From positions 124,001-188,000 of the IMG/VR virus record IMGVR_UViG_3300044641_009805: a stretch of DNA of 64,000 nt; one strand, given 5' to 3'. Both the position numbers and the translations under genes were made by a program. Positions 47,687 through 56,736 of this stretch are shown here, one piece after another. Numbering within the stretch: the first letter of the stretch is position 1; each line of letters begins with the position of its first letter. The notes under the pieces were generated by a model, which saw only the letters and a list, made by a program, of their open reading frames with translations, was not told where the DNA came from and did no database searches.

Positions 47687-48664
47687 ATGCCTGTCAAATT
47701 TAGAAGAATTGGAATAACCAACAACATTTATAATTCTGGATTCCCAGTTGGAAGACCAGTTCTCGGTCCTACTGGGCCGCAAGGGGAAACAGGGCCAGCT
47801 GGTCCGACAGGCCCCACCGGTCCGACAGGTCCTACCGGACCAACTGGTTCCGCCGGTTCAATAGGTCCTGTTGGTTCTACTGGGCCAACAGGACCGACTG
47901 GTCCATCAGGATCAACTGGCCCACAGGGAGATAAAGGTGAAACAGGCGCTACGGGTGATCGAGGCGAAACAGGCCCAGCAGGACCTACTGGTTCGACCGG
48001 CCCGCAAGGCGACCGAGCAGACAATGGCGCAACTGGTGCCACAGGTGATCAAGGTCCCACAGGCGCAACTGGCCCCACCGGTCCGACGGGACCTCAAGGT
48101 GACAGAGGAGATAATGGTGCGACCGGTGCCACAGGAGACAGAGGCGAAACAGGAGCAACTGGGCCCACGGGTCCGACGGGACCTCAAGGTGACAGAGGAG
48201 ATAATGGCGCAACTGGCGCAACTGGTGCAGCGGGCGATCGTGGTGCGACAGGAGCCACAGGTGCTACAGGCCCGACAGGAACAGCGGGTGGTAGTTTCTT
48301 GTTTTACTTCGGTGCCACAAGCATAAGCGTTGATGCGACGAGATATTTGTATCCTGGAAGTTCTACTTCAGCAGCATCATCTACTATCATTGAAATTCCG
48401 ATGCCGATAAGAGGTAATGTCACTAAGATGTATCTTGCTCAATTGGCTGGTTCAGGAACTAGATCCATCGACTATAAACTATTCGTAAATGGATCTGCAT
48501 CAGGCATGGGTGTGTCAACAACCACAAGCGGCACTGGCGCAAATACGACGGACTCAATAGCGATATCATTTGGTGATAAAATTTCCGTGGCGTCAGTACC
48601 AGCTTCAGGAACAGGCACAACCCCATCTAATATAATGATAGTCATAGTTCTTGAGCCGACATGA
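47687..48664 (+). CDS. Collagen-like fibre protein (Gly-X-Thr rich) with a C-terminal beta domain
   Basis: Continuous Gly-X-Y from about 47765 to 48290, dominated by GPT/GAT/GET/GST; ~120-aa beta-rich C-terminus. Confidence 0.9.
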   Translation: MPVKFRRIGITNNIYNSGFPVGRPVLGPTGPQGETGPAGPTGPTGPTGPTGPTGSAGSIGPVGSTGPTGPTGPSGSTGPQGDKGETGATGDRGETGPAGPTGSTGPQGDRADNGATGATGDQGPTGATGPTGPTGPQGDRGDNGATGATGDRGETGATGPTGPTGPQGDRGDNGATGATGAAGDRGATGATGATGPTGTAGGSFLFYFGATSISVDATRYLYPGSSTSAASSTIIEIPMPIRGNVTKMYLAQLAGSGTRSIDYKLFVNGSASGMGVSTTTSGTGANTTDSIAISFGDKISVASVPASGTGTTPSNIMIVIVLEPT

Positions 48665-48708
48665 TTCAATTAATTTACTTTAACAAAAACAGAAATAACA
48701 TATAAGTC

Positions 48709-48888
48709 ATGCCAGCAACAACAGACGTATTATTGATGAAGATAAAGCAATTAGAGCTTCAAATTCAAGAAACCATCAAGCAAGGTCAAGATGCTTCTGC
48801 TTTGCAAGAACAATTGAACGAAATGAAAAGTTCTTTTATGTTAAAGAATGAAGCTTTGAGCAACAAATCTAACATTCTAAAAGGGTAA
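48709..48888 (+). CDS. Small coiled-coil protein, 59 aa (below the ORF-track cut-off)
   Basis: MPATTDVLLMKIKQLELQIQETIKQGQDASALQEQLNEMK...ILKG*; fills the gap between two genes. Confidence 0.6.
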   Translation: MPATTDVLLMKIKQLELQIQETIKQGQDASALQEQLNEMKSSFMLKNEALSNKSNILKG

Positions 48889-48902
48889 TAGAAATAAATA
48901 AT

Positions 48903-49121
48903 ATGCAAAAGGTAGACTTATATCAACCAATGATCAGCAATCGAGTCGGAGCACCTCCGCTAGTTCTCAACGTGGGTGTACAAAGAAGTTCTGCTGAAGT
49001 TATGGGAGGCCCAGTGGAGAATGCTCTGCGTGCAGAACACTATGTGTTGTTGTCAGCTCTTCCTGATGAACTTAGAGAAAGAGTGAAGACTGCGGTTCAA
49101 GCTTTGTTGTCTTCCATTTGA
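48903..49121 (+). CDS. Hypothetical protein
   Basis: 72-aa ORF immediately before the endolysin. Confidence 0.55.
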   Translation: MQKVDLYQPMISNRVGAPPLVLNVGVQRSSAEVMGGPVENALRAEHYVLLSALPDELRERVKTAVQALLSSI

Positions 49122-49125
49122 TATT

Positions 49126-49914
49126 ATGAAAACGTTATATCCAGGAATGAAAGGTGCCGATGTAAAACGTTGGCAAATTTTTCTTAGAGGGTTATCCAAC
49201 GACTCTAATGTAATCGTCAATGGCGATTATGATTTGATTACGCTTGATGCGACAAAAGCATTCCAAACTTCTAAGGATCTCGACGCGGATGGCATAGTAG
49301 GTCCTAAAACCATATCTGCAGCTTTGTTAGATGGATTTGACGTAGTAAAAGATAATTCAGATGGTGATCTCGGACCTAATTGGCCCCCACGGCCTGATAA
49401 TAATCCGCTGACTATTCTTGAAAGAATGAAATTATTTGGAAAGTTCTCTTTTGTTTCTTCCCCGACGCAGACAAATCCAGAGGCAATAAAGATCACTGAC
49501 GATTGGTCAAAAGATAATATAGTCGTGGTGCAAGTCCCTCAACTAATTGGAGTACCAGGGTCTTTACAAAATGGTGCCGCCCATGTTCACAGGAAGATAT
49601 CAAAACAATTCTTAAAATTGTTTGATGATTGGCAATCAGCGAATTTAAATGAAAAAATTCTAACCTGGGGTGGATCATGGGTGCCTCGGTTTGTGAGAGG
49701 ATCAAGAACTTCTCTATCAAACCATGCTTGGGGCACAGCATTCGACATAAACCACCAGTGGAATGGGTTGGGCATACGTCCTGCTCTTCGGGACGAAAAG
49801 GGATCAGTCAGAGATCTGGTTGACATCGCATACCAAAACGGGTTTTATTGGGGCGGATGGTTTAAGTCCAGACCTGATGGAATGCACTTTGAGGCTTATA
49901 AAATAATCGAGTGA
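49126..49914 (+). CDS. Endolysin: PG-binding domain plus M15 Zn peptidase
   Basis: GMKGADVKRWQ...FQ...LDADGIVGPKT; SNHAWGTAFD; WGG...DGMHFE. Confidence 0.9.
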   Translation: MKTLYPGMKGADVKRWQIFLRGLSNDSNVIVNGDYDLITLDATKAFQTSKDLDADGIVGPKTISAALLDGFDVVKDNSDGDLGPNWPPRPDNNPLTILERMKLFGKFSFVSSPTQTNPEAIKITDDWSKDNIVVVQVPQLIGVPGSLQNGAAHVHRKISKQFLKLFDDWQSANLNEKILTWGGSWVPRFVRGSRTSLSNHAWGTAFDINHQWNGLGIRPALRDEKGSVRDLVDIAYQNGFYWGGWFKSRPDGMHFEAYKIIE

Positions 49915-49932
49915 TTATTTAATCAACATCAT

Positions 49933-50316
49933 ATGGCATTTAGAGACGCCTCACGAACTAGAAAAGCATATTCGTATTACAGGCCACGTCCGCGTTTGCA
50001 ATACGTATCAACTCCTGAAGAGACGCAACAATTATTACAGACAATCAATAATTTAGCGTCATTGACAACGGTGACCATGATATGGAATGAGACTTTAACT
50101 GGTGTGACCGATGATTTGAACACCATTTTTGAACTGTCTTATACTCCCGTCGCTGACACTGAAGTAATGTTATTCGTGAACGGAGTTCTTCAACACAGAA
50201 ATAATGGAGAAGCTAAAGATTTTAGCATATCAGGCAAAGTAATCACCATGAATTTTCCTCCGCACACGGGAGATGAAGTCACCGCGACGTACGCATACGA
50301 TCCTAACGATCCTTAG
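49933..50316 (+). CDS. Small virion decoration/fibre-type protein
   Basis: ETLTG...FVNGVLQ...DFSISGKVITM..PP..GD..TATY beta module; N-terminal motif shared with 43109. Confidence 0.6.
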   Translation: MAFRDASRTRKAYSYYRPRPRLQYVSTPEETQQLLQTINNLASLTTVTMIWNETLTGVTDDLNTIFELSYTPVADTEVMLFVNGVLQHRNNGEAKDFSISGKVITMNFPPHTGDEVTATYAYDPNDP

Positions 50317-50379
50317 ACAATAATTCAGTTATTGGTTCTCAGCAAACGAAAATTATTGTGTTCGAAGATACGTAGTATT

Positions 50380-51555
50380 ATGTCTACGTTTTCAACGACG
50401 ATTGGTCCTACGCCGTTCGGATTTTTTGATTCGGACGCAACTTTTCAATCAGAAGCCGACGCAATGGTCTTGTTCGTCAAGCGCAAACTCGGTGATGATG
50501 TGTTGTCTGTAGAATTGACCAAAAAAGAGATATGGGCATGTTTTGAAGAAGCTTGTTGTGAATATAGTCGTTTAATACATGAGACAAAAATAACGTCCGA
50601 ATTGACAAACTTGTTGGGCTTGCCTACAGGAAGTGCAGATCTGACGAACAAATATGCCAGACAAACGCTGGAACACTTGTTACGTATGGCAGAACCATAC
50701 GCTTCCCAAGCTTTCGTAGGAGGATCTTACGATGCGACGTTAGGGTATCTTGACCTCGCCACTGGTCGACAAGATTATGACATTTATTCTGAAGTAAAAG
50801 ACAACGAAACAGGAATTGGAATCTATGATTCCATGGTATCAGGATCAAAAGGCAAGTTGAAGATTGCTGAAGTTTTTCATTTTGAGCCCCTTGCCGCTCA
50901 ACACTTTTTATTAAATGCATCTAATATTACTAACTTTTTGGCAACCAATTTTAATTACGAATCTTATGTTAACTCTACAGTTTTTTATGTGTTGCCTGTT
51001 TTTGAAGACGTGTTAAGAAGAGGGATGCTAGAGACAGCTTTTAGGGTTAGAAGGTCAAATTATAGCTACGAAATTATGGGCAGAAAGTTGAGAATTTATC
51101 CCATACCCACCACAGATTTGCAGACAGGAAGGCTGTACATCAAAGTCGTAAAACCGCAGAATCCTCTTATGCCAGCTTACCATGATGATTCAATTTATGG
51201 TATATCTGGTCCCAGTAACGTTCCTTTAGGTAATATTCCATTCGCGTCGATAAATCAACCTGGGAGACAATGGATTAGACAGTTTACTTTAGCCTTATGT
51301 AAAGAGTTGTTAGGATTGATTCGATCAAAATTTCAAACAGTTCCCATACCTAATGCCGATCTTCAGCTTAATGGCGAGGCTTTAATTACTCAAGCTCGCG
51401 AAGATAAAGAGAGATTAAACACTCAGATGAAAGAATTTTTGGCAAATTTGACATATGCAAAATTGCTTGAGACAGACGCCCTCGCCGCTGAAAACTTGAA
51501 CAAGCAGCTTAGATTTATCCCTATGCCGTTAGGCAAGGCTATTTCGATAGGATAG
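50380..51555 (+). CDS. Neck / head-tail adaptor (gp13-like)
   Basis: KRKLGDDVLSVEL, KLRIYPIP, WIRQFTLALCKELLGLIRSKF..VP.P...QLNG. Confidence 0.85.
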   Translation: MSTFSTTIGPTPFGFFDSDATFQSEADAMVLFVKRKLGDDVLSVELTKKEIWACFEEACCEYSRLIHETKITSELTNLLGLPTGSADLTNKYARQTLEHLLRMAEPYASQAFVGGSYDATLGYLDLATGRQDYDIYSEVKDNETGIGIYDSMVSGSKGKLKIAEVFHFEPLAAQHFLLNASNITNFLATNFNYESYVNSTVFYVLPVFEDVLRRGMLETAFRVRRSNYSYEIMGRKLRIYPIPTTDLQTGRLYIKVVKPQNPLMPAYHDDSIYGISGPSNVPLGNIPFASINQPGRQWIRQFTLALCKELLGLIRSKFQTVPIPNADLQLNGEALITQAREDKERLNTQMKEFLANLTYAKLLETDALAAENLNKQLRFIPMPLGKAISIG

Positions 51556-51570
51556 ACTGGAGAATAATTT

Positions 51571-52236
51571 ATGGCTCGTCTTTTTATCACACAAAGAGAA
51601 ATTAATTTCATTTCTGACATCACAAAAGAAGTGATAAAAGATGTGATCGGCCAAAAGATCTATTACTATCCTATCTCAGAAACTAAGACCAAGACTCATG
51701 AAGTTTATGCTGAAGCTATGCAAAAAATATTCGATAATCCAATCGTTATTGATGTTTTAGTAAGCAATGAATTTCAGATCGATACAAAGATAGATAAGTT
51801 TGGAGTAGACACTAATTTTAAATCAGAGGTTTACATCCAACATAGAGACATGATAGAAAAAGGTATTAATCCTGCAATCGGCGATTATTATTCTTTTAGC
51901 GATGTTTTTTATGAAATAACTGAATACAGATTCATGAGAAACATTTACGGACAGGCTGAAAACATTGACGGAGTCGCGTTGGTGGGACTCAGGGTACGTG
52001 ATAGTCAATTCAAGGCTCTTGTTAAAGGCCCGACTGGCATTGAGTACACCGATAAAGATGCTACGCAAACCACATTCGTACAGCAAAGAGGTGTTGAAGA
52101 AAATGCCGAAGGTCCGACAGCCGACGTTAGAGATTTGGTGAAGCAAGGGGTTCTTGACCCACCAATCTCAGGTCCCAGAGAAGTTTCCAGCAAAGGAGAT
52201 TCTACTGGTGCTGGTAATTCTTTTTATGATGAATGA
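51571..52236 (+). CDS. Neck / head-closure protein (gp14-like)
   Basis: GQKIYYY, EVYAEA, KFG, PAIGDY...FYEI; follows gp13. Confidence 0.7.
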   Translation: MARLFITQREINFISDITKEVIKDVIGQKIYYYPISETKTKTHEVYAEAMQKIFDNPIVIDVLVSNEFQIDTKIDKFGVDTNFKSEVYIQHRDMIEKGINPAIGDYYSFSDVFYEITEYRFMRNIYGQAENIDGVALVGLRVRDSQFKALVKGPTGIEYTDKDATQTTFVQQRGVEENAEGPTADVRDLVKQGVLDPPISGPREVSSKGDSTGAGNSFYDE

Positions 52237-53573
52237 GCAGAACTATGCCTACCAGATTTAATTCTAACAGCAATCCTCAGTTTGGCGTGCCAGGGTTAAT
52301 TGATAAAACGCACCAAGGAACGGCTGAATTTACAATCCCTCCCGTCGGATTGGAAGACGTTGATGTTTCGATTTTTAATTTGTTTGATAAAGAGTTAACC
52401 TTGCAAGTCAATGGTGATAATTCAGTACCAAAAAATGTTCCTGTTATCTTTGCGTCGGGAGAAAAATGGGCAATCTTGAAGAAGAGAAAAGCCTTAAGAG
52501 ATAGAAATAATTCTTTGATACTTCCTTTGATCACTATCGTAAGGACGGGAATTTCCCAAAATTCAGACGAAGACATCGCCGGTAGAGGTATAAATCAACA
52601 AACCGGTGAAATCATCATAAAAAGACGCCTTGATAAATCCGATAGAAAATATCAAAATCTTATTAATCGATTTTTATTAAAAAACCAACTGAATGTAGCG
52701 ACTAATCCCAACAAAGAATACGTCGATGGTCAGATCTTGACTGACAGAACTGTCGGAGAAGATGAAGAATCATCAGCCATAATAGATGGAGCTTGGCTTG
52801 CAGATATCAAGAAAAAAAATATCTATGAGACCATAGTCATTCCTGCTCCTCAATTTTATAACATTCGTTATGAGATTACTCTGTGGACTCAATACACGCA
52901 ACATATGAATCAGATTTTAGAAAATATTGTTGCTTCTTTTTTACCGCAAGGTAATTCTTGGAAGCTTAACACGACCAAAGGATACTGGTTCATCGCTAAA
53001 GTTGAGGATAATTCATACGAACCCGAAAATAACGTCGATGACATGTCACAAGAGGAGAGAATCATCAAATATAAATTTAATGTAAAAGTTCTCGCTTACT
53101 TGTTTGCCACGCAGTCTCCTGGAACTGGGGTTCCAATAAAACGTTATGTTTCATCTCCGATTATAAAATTTGAAACCGTTGCGCCAAAAGACGATGATCC
53201 CGCGTCGCCTATCAATTTAGTTGAAGATCCTTTCCTCGGATCCGATGATCCGACTCTTCCGTTGTCTGACACCAAAAATAATAGAGAAGATCAACGCAGA
53301 AGCGGTACTAAACTATATTCTCCAACGGACTCTGCTGTCTCAAATGATCCTGCACTACAAACCAGGTCATCCAAACAAAATAGACCAGTGTACCAAAAAA
53401 TAATTACTCAAAACTCTTCAGGTAAAAATGTTGCGACTTACGCTAGGGTTTTTAGAACATCCAATGCGTCAGGAGAAACTGTCATAAAACCGTCAAATGA
53501 TTTTTCTTCAAAATCTAATCCTGCGGCTGCTGACACGCTACTAGGTGATCTAACATACGAAACTACTAAGTGA
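52233..53573 (+). CDS. Tail terminator / sheath stabiliser (gp15-like)
   Basis: VPVIFASGEKW, LPLITIVRTGI, P.FYNIRYEITLWT...MNQILE. Confidence 0.75.
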   Translation: MSRTMPTRFNSNSNPQFGVPGLIDKTHQGTAEFTIPPVGLEDVDVSIFNLFDKELTLQVNGDNSVPKNVPVIFASGEKWAILKKRKALRDRNNSLILPLITIVRTGISQNSDEDIAGRGINQQTGEIIIKRRLDKSDRKYQNLINRFLLKNQLNVATNPNKEYVDGQILTDRTVGEDEESSAIIDGAWLADIKKKNIYETIVIPAPQFYNIRYEITLWTQYTQHMNQILENIVASFLPQGNSWKLNTTKGYWFIAKVEDNSYEPENNVDDMSQEERIIKYKFNVKVLAYLFATQSPGTGVPIKRYVSSPIIKFETVAPKDDDPASPINLVEDPFLGSDDPTLPLSDTKNNREDQRRSGTKLYSPTDSAVSNDPALQTRSSKQNRPVYQKIITQNSSGKNVATYARVFRTSNASGETVIKPSNDFSSKSNPAAADTLLGDLTYETTK

Positions 53574-53601
53574 CCACTCCAGTTTTTTAGAATTCTCTTG
53601 A

Positions 53602-53609
53602 ATACTTAT
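53602..53609 (+). promoter_or_regulatory. Putative late promoter ATACTTAT
   Basis: ATANTTA motif recurring upstream of sheath 1, 2, 3, the tube, gp25 and the 41019 ORF. Confidence 0.55.
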
Positions 53610-53648
53610 ACGAAGAAATTCCCAGTGTATTCATGAAGGAGCAGGAGA

Positions 53649-56600
53649 ATGGCTGAACAAGTTTTTAGATCACCTAATTTTTTTGAAAGAGAAATTGAGC
53701 TTAAGGCACCGCCTCCGTCAGGACCCGTCGGAGTTCCTGCAGGCGTGATTGGTACTTCTAAAAAAGGACCGGCTTTCGTACCAGTTGCTGTTTCTAACTT
53801 TAACGAATTCGTAAGCATTTTTGGCGATCTAGATCCAAAAAAGTTTGGTCCCTATGCCGTCAATGAGTTTTTGAAAAATAGAACAGCGTTAACGTATATG
53901 CGCGTCCTAGGCGGAGGCTCTAATCGTTCTTTAAGCGACGTGCAAACGACGCTTATAACTGGTAAGGTAAAGAATGCCGGATTTAAGACGATCGGGACTA
54001 AAACTGATTTAACCGAGGATCAATACAAACGACATGTCGGGGGTGTGCAGTTCATCGTAGCTGATCACACGATCGATACGGCGGATGAACCAGCAGGAAT
54101 GCCTATGTTCACTGACAATGATTCTAGGACTCAAACCAGCAACGTTTCGCTTGTTAGAGGCGTCGTTCTTATGGCATCTGGCGCTAGAATGCTTGTTTTA
54201 GACGGAGATCAAAGCATAGGAACCAGCTTCGATGGTGTGGTTTCTGTTGATGATGAAGGAGCTGTAAAGAGCGGAAAAGTCAAGTTAGTCATTTCATCCA
54301 CTTTAGGATCAGCTTTCTCTTATGATGATGGGAAAGCAGGATTGAAGGTTTATACAGCATCTCTTAACCCTACTAGCGCAGATTACTTTGGTAAAGTGTT
54401 AAATAAGGATCCTGAAAAATTTGCGCAGTATCAGCACTTGCTATACACGGACTTTGCTGTAGATGATGAAGTTGCCTCGGTTCTTGATAATGATAAGGTA
54501 GCAATATTATCAGGATCAAGCTTTAATAGTCCAGCATCTGGAGATCCATCACTTCATTTCAGCGGAGCATTTGGTTCATTCGATACTAGATTCACGGCAC
54601 CCAAAACTCCGTACTTTATTTCTCAGCCTTTCGGAACGTCAGAATATGATTTGTTTGCCGTTGAATCTATCGACGATGGAGAATACGCAAACAGTCTTTA
54701 CAAGGTGTCGATCAGCAATCTTAAGGTTTCTGAGAATGACGCATATGATTATGGAACATTCAATCTACAAATTCGCGATTTTAATGATACGGACGTAAAT
54801 CCAGTTATCATAGAAGAGTTTGTAAATTGTTCACTCGATCCCGACGCCGACAACTATGTGGCAAAGTTAGTAGGAGATCGCAAAGTGACTTATGACTTTG
54901 ATCAAGACATATTGGTAGAAAGACGCATCGTTACGACAGGAAAGTACCAAAATATTTCAAAGTTTGTCAGAGTAGTCATGTCTCCCGCTGTGGAAGAGAA
55001 AAAAATCCCTGCAAAATCTTTGCCTTTCGGTTTCAGAGGGTTTGAGCTTCTGAAGACAAACGATAATTTGAAAGATTCTGTTCCAACAAGAAATAGACTA
55101 TGGGGATCAGTAGGTACCGGAGGCTCAAGTTTAGCAAGTTCTATTCTTCCTCCTGTACCTTACAGATATAAGGTAACCCGCGGCGCAGTTTCATCCGCTG
55201 CAAACTGGAGTGGCGAACCTGGACCTCTTGAGTCTACAAATCCAGCTTATTACTGGGGCGTGAAGTTTGAAAGGAATACAGAACCCTTAAACAACAACCT
55301 GAGTGAAGAAAAGAACGTTCTCATTGAAAGCTTCACAAAGTTCATGGGAATCAAAAAGCTAGATGTTCTAGTCACGGGTTCTGGTGCTGACACTTTCAAT
55401 AACAACAAATTCAGCCTTTCCAAGGTCGCTTTTGCAAATGGATCTATAGCTGAGTTAACTGGCACAGTTAGAACTCACATGAGAGAAGCAGCATATATCA
55501 GAAATGCCAAGGTTGATCCATCAACTTACACGATCTACGATTCAGGATTCGGAGATAGAATCACTTTAGCGAGCTTACTATCAAATGGAGAATCCTATCA
55601 GTTCAACAGATTCTCAACGTTTGCAAAGTTCTCAACATTCATGTGCGGAGGATTCGACGGATTGAATATCCTAGACCCAGCTGCCCGTCGAATGAATGAT
55701 AAAGCAACTTCATTTGAAACTCCTAAGGGAGCAGCCTCAACCACATATACATCACCAGGTCTTGCTTCTAACGTGGCTGGAACTGGAGTTGACAATAACT
55801 CAGTTAGTTCTTATGTCACAGCAATTGACGTAATGACTGATCCTCTGCAGGTCAATGTGAATCTGCTTGCCCTCCCAGGTATTCGTGAGGATTATCTCAC
55901 GAATTACACATCAAAGAAAGTAAGAGATTATGGATTGGCCATGTACATCATGGACATACCAAATTATGACGACAACAGTGATAGAATCTATGATGATTCT
56001 ACGAACAGAATCAACATCGAAAATACAGCAGCTATCTTCGAAGAAAGAACGTTCGATAACAACTACGTCGCGACCTACTTCCCCAACGTCTATGTCAATG
56101 ATACGACGAACAGCAGATACGTGAAAGTTCCTGCGTCTGTTGCAGCTCTCGGTGCATTAGGGTTCAACGACTTTATTGCATATCCTTGGTTTGCACCTGC
56201 AGGATTCAACCGCGCCGCGCTTGACTTCGTTAACAACGTAGAGGTCAGATTGAACGTCTCGGATAGAGATCGTCTATACGACGCTAGAATCAATCCTATA
56301 GCGACATTCCCAAGATTGGGATTCGTTATCTACGGACAGAAGACGTTACAAATAAGAAAGTCTGCTCTTGATAGAGTTAATGTGAGACGTTTGCTCTTAG
56401 AGGTTAAGAGATTAATCATCAACATAGCTAACAGGATCATATTTGAACAGAACACACCAGCCGTCAGAAACAAGTTTGTGGCGGATGCAATTCTTCAACT
56501 CAGCCTTATTCAGACCCAGGCAGGCATTGAGGCCTACCAGGTCATCATGAATGAGACGAACAACACACAAGAGGACATCGATCTCAATCGTTTGAATGGT

Positions 56601-56684
56601 CGAATCGTCGTCGTCCCAACGAGAGCAATTGAATTTATTGCGATCGATTTCATCGTAACAAACGCCGGCGTCGAATTTGTCTGA
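53649..56684 (+). CDS. Tail sheath protein 1 (gp18-like)
   Basis: SPNFFEREI, GTSKKGPAFVP, GGFDG, PWFAPAGFNR, INPIATF, YGQKTLQ, LDRVNVRRLL, IEFIAIDF. Confidence 0.95.
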   Translation: MAEQVFRSPNFFEREIELKAPPPSGPVGVPAGVIGTSKKGPAFVPVAVSNFNEFVSIFGDLDPKKFGPYAVNEFLKNRTALTYMRVLGGGSNRSLSDVQTTLITGKVKNAGFKTIGTKTDLTEDQYKRHVGGVQFIVADHTIDTADEPAGMPMFTDNDSRTQTSNVSLVRGVVLMASGARMLVLDGDQSIGTSFDGVVSVDDEGAVKSGKVKLVISSTLGSAFSYDDGKAGLKVYTASLNPTSADYFGKVLNKDPEKFAQYQHLLYTDFAVDDEVASVLDNDKVAILSGSSFNSPASGDPSLHFSGAFGSFDTRFTAPKTPYFISQPFGTSEYDLFAVESIDDGEYANSLYKVSISNLKVSENDAYDYGTFNLQIRDFNDTDVNPVIIEEFVNCSLDPDADNYVAKLVGDRKVTYDFDQDILVERRIVTTGKYQNISKFVRVVMSPAVEEKKIPAKSLPFGFRGFELLKTNDNLKDSVPTRNRLWGSVGTGGSSLASSILPPVPYRYKVTRGAVSSAANWSGEPGPLESTNPAYYWGVKFERNTEPLNNNLSEEKNVLIESFTKFMGIKKLDVLVTGSGADTFNNNKFSLSKVAFANGSIAELTGTVRTHMREAAYIRNAKVDPSTYTIYDSGFGDRITLASLLSNGESYQFNRFSTFAKFSTFMCGGFDGLNILDPAARRMNDKATSFETPKGAASTTYTSPGLASNVAGTGVDNNSVSSYVTAIDVMTDPLQVNVNLLALPGIREDYLTNYTSKKVRDYGLAMYIMDIPNYDDNSDRIYDDSTNRINIENTAAIFEERTFDNNYVATYFPNVYVNDTTNSRYVKVPASVAALGALGFNDFIAYPWFAPAGFNRAALDFVNNVEVRLNVSDRDRLYDARINPIATFPRLGFVIYGQKTLQIRKSALDRVNVRRLLLEVKRLIINIANRIIFEQNTPAVRNKFVADAILQLSLIQTQAGIEAYQVIMNETNNTQEDIDLNRLNGRIVVVPTRAIEFIAIDFIVTNAGVEFV

Positions 56685-56703
56685 TGCAAACGTCGGGAAT
56701 CTT

Positions 56704-56711
56704 ATACTTAT
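56704..56711 (+). promoter_or_regulatory. Putative late promoter ATACTTAT
   Basis: Same motif; AGGAG SD follows. Confidence 0.55.
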
Positions 56712-56736
56712 CATGCAAAGCGTAGGAGCGATATAA

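Noticed and set aside
48090-48210. RGD integrin-binding motifs in the collagen (GDRGDN x2)
   Set aside because: An expected by-product of GDR-GDN triplets plus a duplication; no support for a eukaryotic target
47728-48326. Alternative-frame and antisense ORFs over the collagen gene (similarly 25502..26107)
   Set aside because: Shadows of GC-rich repetitive codons that lack stops
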